Source: an uncultured bacterium
GTDB taxonomy: Bacteria; CSSED10-310; CAZUFC01
Assembly (NCBI GenBank): GCA_964619725.1
Contig: CAZUFC010000137.1
Span: forward strand, 1-20,058
Length of the DNA: 20,058 nt
Direction of reading: 5' to 3'
The notes beneath the pieces were generated by a model. It was not told the DNA's origin and did no database searches. It worked only from the letters and a program-made list of their open reading frames with translations. The position numbers and the translations under genes are program-made. Shown here one piece after another: positions 1 through 6,800 of this stretch (within the stretch, counting starts at the first letter, position 1; every line of letters starts with the position of its first letter).

Positions 1-197
1 TTTGAATCCTTCGTGCTCGTGCTCAGTGCAGCGGTAATCGTAATCGAAATATCGGCCTGATCTGTACAGTCGTTTGAAAGCAAAGTATGACAATCATTTG
101 AATCGATCTATTACGATTACGAGCACCGCTCTGCTGAGCACGAAAGTTCTTTTTGAGTATCGAGATCACAATTTGTAACCCCTATTTGATCAGTCCC
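1..197. repeat. Non-coding MITE/REP-like element, left end cut by the window edge; hexamer-based inverted arms plus terminal motif
   Basis: Arms TTCGTGCTCGTGCTCAG..AGCGGTAATCGTAATCG (10-46) and ATTACGATTACGAGCACCGCT..CTGAGCACGAA (110-144) are imperfect reverse complements. Terminal motif TTGTAACCCC..TTTGATCAGTCC at 173-196. Bases 1-90 match 3741-3830 at 86/90. Confidence 0.75.
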
Positions 198-202
198 TAA
201 AC

Positions 203-249
203 TTGCAATTTATTATAATGGATCATATTATAAAATAGAAAGGAGGTGA
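203..249 (+). promoter_or_regulatory. Sigma70-like promoter and RBS of the gene at 254
   Basis: TTGCAA (203-208), 17 bp spacer, TATTAT (226-231); also TATAAT at 214-219; Shine-Dalgarno AAGGAGGTGA at 240-249. Confidence 0.55.
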
Positions 250-253
250 ACTC

Positions 254-1702
254 ATGAAAATATTTTTGTTTATCCTCTCGCTGTTGATCATTTCATCAGC
301 GTTTTTAACCAGCGCCGCTGATGCCTTCTGGAGAAAAGGACTGGTGATCGAATACAAGTATATAACAGACATCGCTCACGATCATGACGACGAGGACAGA
401 CCTCACATCCTGTTTCATGATTGCATTGACGAAGTGATAATTTACGCCTTCTGGAATGATACTGAATGGCAGTTCACGACGATTGCCGGCGGACATTATT
501 TCAGAGAATGCCGAATGGTTCTCGATATGGAGGATAATCCTCATATCAGTTGGCACGACAATGATGAGGAATCCCTTCGTTACGCTGTTCTGGAAAACGG
601 CGAATGGAATATCGAGACGGTCGACAGCGGCGGCGAATCGGGGTACTATTCGGCTCTGGATGTGGATTACAGAAACCGTCCTGGAATCGTCTACTATAAA
701 AACGACCAGACAGAAATGAAATTTGCGCGAAAATCAGATGACGGATGGAATATTGAAACGGTCTACGTTGATTCCCGCAAAGGCTATCACTGCAATTTAG
801 CTTTTGACGGAGAAGGCTATCCCTGTATTTGTTATATGAAAGGACCGCCTGCGGGCACATTCAGATTTGTCCGGAAAACCGTAAACGGATGGGAATTTAA
901 GGCGATAGAAATCAGCAGCACATATGGCGTAATCGGCATACGAAATTCAATAAAGATAGACAGCAAGGGCAATCCCCACATAGCTGCTGTTTGGTACGAC
1001 CGTGAGGTTATTTGGGGTCATCATTTCTTTCCGATGGTTTTATATTATTATAAGTTATATTATTATCATTGGAATGGAACGGCCTGGACGAAAGACATTT
1101 TTCTTCACGATGACTGTTCCTATGGGTGCAACCCAATATATTGCTCAATAGCAATCGACAACTTTGATCGTCCGCATCTGTTCTTCGAATTAGACGGATT
1201 CATGCACGCCGTCAAGGAAGATAATGAATGGACGGTTCACGAAATACCCTACACAGGTAAATTGTTCAGTCGTTCCTTGTCCTTGAACAGTTCGGGACAC
1301 CCCTCTATCGCTTATGACCTTTCTAGCGATATAAACCTGCTGTGGGAATTCAGTCCTGTATGGTATGATCTGCTGCTGCATGACCGGTCGCTGGAAAGGG
1401 GAGACAGGTTTTTATTGGAACGCCGCATTAAGAATCGTTCCGGGGAGCGCATTTCCGTTACAGAGTATCTGGCGTTGGATTTTTACGGAGAATTATTTTT
1501 CTATCCTGAATGGACCACAGAGGTTTCCGGCAGAGAATGGACCATTGAAAACGAAGAGTTTAAAGGCAGGACAATTCTGGATTTCTGCTGGACATCAGAT
1601 ATGGGCAGAGTCAGGAATGCAGGTTTCTGGGGCATGTTGACGGATACGGAAACTTCAGAGGTCGTCACTATCGACCGCGTCGACTGGCAAAGCCTGGAAT
1701 GA
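254..1702 (+). CDS. Secreted beta-propeller-type repeat protein (DxxxxPHIxY repeats) with a separate ~110-aa C-terminal beta-rich domain
   Basis: 482-aa ORF with strong RBS and a hydrophobic signal peptide. Recurrent motifs RPHILF, NPHISW, RPGIVY, YPCICY, NPHIAA, RPHLFF and HPSIAY are mostly followed by W-x-x-E-T-V-like strands. Confidence 0.85.
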   Translation: MKIFLFILSLLIISSAFLTSAADAFWRKGLVIEYKYITDIAHDHDDEDRPHILFHDCIDEVIIYAFWNDTEWQFTTIAGGHYFRECRMVLDMEDNPHISWHDNDEESLRYAVLENGEWNIETVDSGGESGYYSALDVDYRNRPGIVYYKNDQTEMKFARKSDDGWNIETVYVDSRKGYHCNLAFDGEGYPCICYMKGPPAGTFRFVRKTVNGWEFKAIEISSTYGVIGIRNSIKIDSKGNPHIAAVWYDREVIWGHHFFPMVLYYYKLYYYHWNGTAWTKDIFLHDDCSYGCNPIYCSIAIDNFDRPHLFFELDGFMHAVKEDNEWTVHEIPYTGKLFSRSLSLNSSGHPSIAYDLSSDINLLWEFSPVWYDLLLHDRSLERGDRFLLERRIKNRSGERISVTEYLALDFYGELFFYPEWTTEVSGREWTIENEEFKGRTILDFCWTSDMGRVRNAGFWGMLTDTETSEVVTIDRVDWQSLE

Positions 1703-1705
1703 TTG

Positions 1706-2375
1706 CGCTTACCAGAAACTGCGTCAAAAACGTATCGGATTATTCTTGCCGGCGCTTTCCACGGGGATGGGAGCGGAATACCCGTCGTCATCATACATAA
1801 GCAGCTCAGGATCGTCGAACTGGGGTTCAGAATCCGTTCCCTCATTGAGACACACATACTGATTCTAATCTTCTCCGTACCATCTGCCGGTCCCTATCAG
1901 CAGGTCCTTCTTTCCGTCGCCTTTCCAATCGGTTACCCGGGGCTTTGAATCATATCCCGGGCTGATGGGCTCGTATCCGGCCTGGAGTATCTCCCCGGAA
2001 CTGAGAAGCGACTGCGTTCGGGGCCCGACATTGAGGAAAAGACGTATCTGGCCGTCAGACGCGCCGATGACCAGGTCGTCCTTATTATCGTTGTTCCAGT
2101 CGACTGCAAAAGGATGGGAGTTTTGACCGACGTAAAGCGTCGAATAACAGGCCTGGAGATTGATTCCCGATGTGAAAACAGGCCCCGTATCTGTTCCGGC
2201 ATTATCGAAATATACCGCTTTTCCCTCGCCGTTTTCCACTATCAGGTCCCTTTTACCGTCAGAATTCCAGTCGAAATGCATGCGAACGGACCTGAAACCG
2301 ACATCCAGATCGCCATAACCGGACTGTATTCAGGAACGTTCTTCAAAATATGGTTCATCTGTAAACGTCCCTGCA
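1706..2375 (-). pseudogene. Internally deleted remnant of a paralogue of the large FG-GAP gene (3884-9004), including its 3' flank
   Basis: 1706-1755 matches 3833-3882, 1747-1915 matches 4801-4969, and 1901-~2375 matches 5666-~6135. There is an in-frame TAG at 1865-1867 where the intact gene has Tyr, and no 5' end or signal peptide. Confidence 0.85.
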
Positions 2376-2435
2376 TCCAAACGCCGATGACCCGCGGTTT
2401 CCATAAAGTCAGGTATTATTCCTTGATAGTCGATC

Positions 2436-2480
2436 TTGACAGCAAAGACAGACTTGTCTATTCTGTTTGTCGAGGAGGTG
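2436..2480 (+). promoter_or_regulatory. Promoter and probable autorepression operator of the TA operon
   Basis: TTGACA (2436-2441), 17 bp spacer, TATTCT (2459-2464). Palindrome AGACA-N4-TGTCT (2446-2459) lies in the spacer, with further GACA/TGTC half-sites at 2438 and 2468. RBS GAGGAGGT at 2472-2479. Confidence 0.7.
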
Positions 2481-2485
2481 GGAAG

Positions 2486-2752
2486 ATGCCTGAAAAAGTA
2501 TTTATACGAGGAATACCCGACGAATTGTGGCGCGCTGTAAAAGCCAGGGCCGCTTTGGAGGGAATAACGATTTCAAAAGCCGTCAGCAGGGCTATTCGAC
2601 TATATTTAGCCGGTTTCGATACCATGAAGACTTCTTCGTCGAAAGATCCCTGGGCGGACATTTCCGATTTAGGAAAAAGCGGACGCAGCGATATTTCAAA
2701 AAATCATGATCGATATATTGCAGAAGCGAGCCATCTTTCCGAGAAGGAATAA
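2486..2752 (+). CDS. vapB: Ribbon-helix-helix antitoxin (VapB/FitA-like), 88 aa
   Basis: True start is ATG 2486 after GAGGAGGTG; the longer 2114 ORF is antisense to the pseudogene. RHH pattern VFIRGIPDELWRAVKARAALEGITISKAVSRAI and C-terminal SGRSDISKNHDRYI. Lies 5 bp upstream of a PIN gene. Confidence 0.8.
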   Translation: MPEKVFIRGIPDELWRAVKARAALEGITISKAVSRAIRLYLAGFDTMKTSSSKDPWADISDLGKSGRSDISKNHDRYIAEASHLSEKE

Positions 2753-2757
2753 ACGAG

Positions 2758-3156
2758 ATGGAGCCGGTATTTATAGATACTTCCGCCTTCTATGCTCTGG
2801 CGGACAAAGATGATCGGAATCATATGGAAGCAAAACGAATTGTAGAAATCCTAAAAAAGGAAAAAGCAAGGGTTTTTACAACAAATTATATTATCGCTGA
2901 AACTCACGTGTTGATTTTAACGAGGATAAACGCTCATTCAGCACGAAAATGGCTCCGCAACTTCAAATTTCCGTTGATTCAAGTTACAGAAGGAGATCAA
3001 ATGGAAGCGAACTCTATTATATTTAACCATACTGATAAAGAATATTCTTTGACGGATGCCGTTTCCTTCAGCGTCATGAAAAAATTGTCCGTGAACCGAT
3101 TTTTTGCTTTCGACGTTCACTTTTCACAATACGGATTTCAAACAGTAGGCGGCTGA
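2758..3156 (+). CDS. vapC: PIN-domain ribonuclease toxin (VapC family), 132 aa
   Basis: PIN acidic motifs VFIDTSAFYAL, TTNYIIAET, YSLTDAVSF and AFDVHF. Confidence 0.92.
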   Translation: MEPVFIDTSAFYALADKDDRNHMEAKRIVEILKKEKARVFTTNYIIAETHVLILTRINAHSARKWLRNFKFPLIQVTEGDQMEANSIIFNHTDKEYSLTDAVSFSVMKKLSVNRFFAFDVHFSQYGFQTVGG

Positions 3157-3489
3157 TTGAAAAATGGAAATTTCGGGAGCTTTCTAAAAAGGATTTTCAA
3201 TAATTAGATCACAATTCACAGGCCTTTTCTTTGCTATCGTTTTGAAGCCGCGGTAAAGAACTGATGGACTTAGAAACCGGAATGTCTCCGGTTTCTCAAT
3301 TTTTCATCTGTCCTCTTGTTCAGGAAATGTTCACTGATAATAACTTCGAAGACTTTTGACGGTTTGTTTCGGTAATTGGAATCGGTATCGAAATCAGGGT
3401 CGGTATCGGTATCGAAATCCAAATCGAAACAAAATGATGGGATATTTTGAAGAATTGCAACCCCAAAAGACGAATTTTTGATCAATGCC
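3151..3489. repeat. Second copy of the dispersed non-coding element (hexamer array plus 36-bp terminal motif)
   Basis: Hexamer run GGAATC GGTATC GAAATC AGGGTC GGTATC GGTATC GAAATC at 3378-3430. Terminal motif ATTGCAACCCC-N9-ATTTTTGATCAATGCC at 3454-3489. A possible degenerate opposite end (GGCTGATTGAAAAATGG) at 3151 overlaps the vapC stop. Confidence 0.55.
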
Positions 3490-3533
3490 CTTTTATTCAG
3501 CAACCCAGCCCTATGAAAAACCTCTCATCCATT

Positions 3534-3569
3534 GCGTCCGCTTCGTCCGCCAAGTCCGCCAAGTCCGCT
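3534..3569. repeat. 9-bp tandem repeat, 4 copies (core GTCCGC)
   Basis: GTCCGC at 3536, 3545, 3554 and 3563. Confidence 0.7.
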
Positions 3570-3697
3570 GACCGACACAGGCAATCAAACCAAACCGACC
3601 TCAACAGCATCCAACCCATAACCGGACGCCGCTCTTACGCCGAAGCGCCGGCCGAAAAATCATATCATCTCTGCCCCGCAGGTTGATCCCCTTTTTC

Positions 3698-3830
3698 GGC
3701 ACTGATCAAAAATGGCCATGTCAGGGTTACAATCTCTCAGTTTGAATCCTTCGTGCTCGTGCTCAGTGCAGCGGTAATCGTAATCGAAATATCGGTCTGA
3801 TCTGTCCAGACTTTTGAAAGCAAAGTATGA
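3698..3830. repeat. Left half of the element seen at 1-197
   Basis: Begins GGCACTGATCAAAAAT-N10-GGGTTACAAT (3698-3733). 3741-3830 equals 1-90 with 4 mismatches, after which homology stops. Confidence 0.8.
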
Positions 3831-3883
3831 AACGCTTCCAAGAAACTGCGTCAAAAATGTATCGGATTATTCTTGCCGGCGCG

Positions 3884-6800
3884 TTAATCTTTTTTCCAGA
3901 ATGAAAATCCTGCAACCGCGCCTCCCAGCATCAGGATCAAAACGATTGTACCTGCGGCCCCGACTGTGGGAATAGGCATTGGAGTAGGCACGACCGTATT
4001 AGTCGGAGTCGGTGAAACCGGTGTTGAAGTAGGCGAATCAGTAGGAACCGGTGTCATCGTAGCGGAAGGCGAAAGCGTCGGCGTAGCGGAAAGCGTGGGT
4101 GTAGGCGATAAAGTCGGCGTTTCCGTCGGCGACTGCGTTGGCGTTTGAGTCGGCGTCATCGTGCCGGCGTAAGTCGTCGCATCAATTTGCACGCCGTTGA
4201 CCGAGTAAGCGGGTAAAACCATGTCATAAGCGAAAGCATGGTAATAATATGTCTGTCCCGGAGTCAAACCCTGATCGGTCCAGGGAACCGCAGAATGATC
4301 TTCGGCGCCTTTATAAACAACCTCAACGCCTTCGGCGACGTCAACTCCCGGAACGACATGATAATGCTGACGATCTGAAGGCTTCCATTCTATCGGATTC
4401 TCCGAACGTACGATAATGACACCGGCGAAATCGTAATCTCCCGGATTCGTCCACGTCAGGTCCACGCTTGTTTCTGCAATCGCGGATACGCTGAATCCGA
4501 TCACCTCGTGCGGGGACGTTACCGAAGCCTGTAAATTGGGACTGTAATAGACATGACGATATTCTCCTATAATAACGTCTTTGCGGCCGTCTTCATCCCA
4601 GTCTGCAACATCCGGGAATAGCTTGTTCACTCCTTCAAGATATCCGTATCCTCCCTCAACCTGAAGGAATCCTGAATCAACCAGCGACGGCGAACCGGGA
4701 ACGCCCTGGTTGGCGTATTTTCTTAACCTGTGGTAGTTTAAACGTGAATTTATCAGTATATCAGGATCGCCATCCTCCTCGTAGTCCCAGATATGAGGAC
4801 TGCCGGCGCATTCCCCGGGGATGGGAGCGGAATAGCCGCCGTCATCATACATAAGCAGTTCAGGATATTCGAACTGGGGTTCAGCATCCGTTCCCTCATT
4901 GAGGCACACATACTGATTGTATCCTTCTCCGTTCCAGATGCCGGACCCGATCAGCAGGTCCTTCTTTCCATCTGAATTCCAGTCCCCAGTCTCTAATCCA
5001 TACACTCTTTCAGGCCCCAGGTCCGTATAACCGCTGGTCAGTTTCTGGGGGTCCCCGAAGGCGGGAGCGTAATTCTCGCCGGTGTTCAGGAACAGGTAAA
5101 CATCGCCGGTCTGCGACGTATCTATCCGGGTGATCAGGATATCCTTCCTTCCGTCGTTATCCCAATCGACTATATCAAGAGTACGGTAATCGTAATTGGG
5201 GAAACCGAGCATGCGCCGGGACGTCGTGGTCAGACTCAACTGACTTTCGAAAGCGGGTTCTGAATCCGTTCCCGTGTTGAAAAGCACGTAATGACGCCCG
5301 TTCCATGCCGCATTGACCAATAAATCTTTTTTTCCGTTTTCGTCCCAGTCGATCACTCTCAGAGTCTTTGAAGAATGAAATATGCTGGACGGCTCATCAC
5401 CGGGAATATACAAAGCTTCTTCATAAATCCGGTTACTGTCCGTTCCCTTGTTGGGATAATAAGAAACGCAACCCAGACGGTCAGAGGTTAAAAAATCGGT
5501 ATGGGAATCGCCGTTCATATCCGCAAAAGCCCAACTGCGCCTGTGCGCCACAGGCACAGGATCGCCGGAACCGTAAACAACCGATTCCTCATCAAACTGA
5601 GGTTCGGCATCAGAGCCTACATTTTCAAACAGACTCAATCGATGAGGCGAACTACCCTGTACGATCAGGTCCTTTTTTCCGTCGCCGTTCCAATCGGTTA
5701 CCCAGGGCTTTGAATCATATCCCATGCTGATGGCCTCATTTCCGGCCTGGAGTATCTCCCCGGAACTGAGAACCGGCTGCGTTCGGGTCCCGACATTGAG
5801 GAAAAGATGTATCTGTCCGTCAAACGCGCCGACGACCAGGTCGTCTTTATTATCGTTGTTCCAGTCGACTGCAAAAGGATGGGAGTTTTGACCGACGTCA
5901 AGCGTCGAATAACCGGCCTGGAGATTGATCCCCGATGTGAAAACCGGCGCCGTATCTGTTCCGGAATTATTGAAATATACTGCTTTTCCGTCGCCGTTTC
6001 CCACTATCAGGTCTCTTTTACCGTCAGAATTCCAGTCGAAATGCATGGGAACGGACCTGAAACCGACATCCAGATCGCCATACCCGGCCTGTATCCACGA
6101 ACCTTCTTCAAGATAAGGCTCCGAAGCGGTCCCTGAATTCATGCATATAATGACTCTTCCGTCGTTTACGCCGGACAGTAAGTCCAATTTCCCGTCATTG
6201 TCCCAGTCTGTCGCGCAGGGATAATAATCCCAACTCATATCAGAAATCCTGAACGCTTCGCGTGTTATCTCCACTTTGGCGCCCAGCTCAGGCTCCCCTG
6301 CAGGCCCCGCTGTCGGCGTATCGGTCGGCAAGGGCGTATCCGTAGGCAGAGGACTGGCCGTCGGCGTCGGAGTATCCCCTGACGTCAATGCGCTTACTTG
6401 TTCTCCTTCAACGGAATATAAAGGCAGTACAGCATCAAAAGAAAAAACCCTGTAATAGTAAGTATGCCCCGGCATTAATCCCGTGTCGGTCCAGAGACTG
6501 ATCGAATGATCGTCGTTACCCTTGTAAACGATTTCGACGCCGGGAGATACCGCTGCTCCCGTCACGGCATAATAATGCTGCGCATCAGAGGGACGCCATA
6601 CGATCGGCGATAATGACCGGGCGATTATTACGCCGGCGAAATCATTGTCCATAGGATTGTTCCAGGTTAAACTGACCGTATAATCAGAAACGCCTGCGAC
6701 GCTCAATGAAGCGACTTCATGCGGCGATGTGAGACCGTCCTGGTTATTGAGATACAGCAGAACGCCGTTATCCTGCCCCACCAGCAGGTCTTTCTTGCCG

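Noticed and set aside
1747-2375. Remnant as a DGR template repeat for the FG-GAP gene
   Set aside because: Mismatches to 4801-4969 involve all four bases rather than adenines only, and no reverse transcriptase is in the window.
2114-2485. N-terminal extension of the 212-aa ORF
   Set aside because: It is the antisense shadow of the FG-GAP remnant; the promoter and RBS point to ATG 2486.
3491-3506. TTTTATTCAGCAACCC as an IS terminal repeat
   Set aside because: Single short copy, with no partner end or transposase in the window.
3454-3733. 36-bp motif containing ATTGCAAC as a CRISPR repeat
   Set aside because: Copies are dispersed, in both orientations and variable in the middle. There are no regular spacers and no cas genes.
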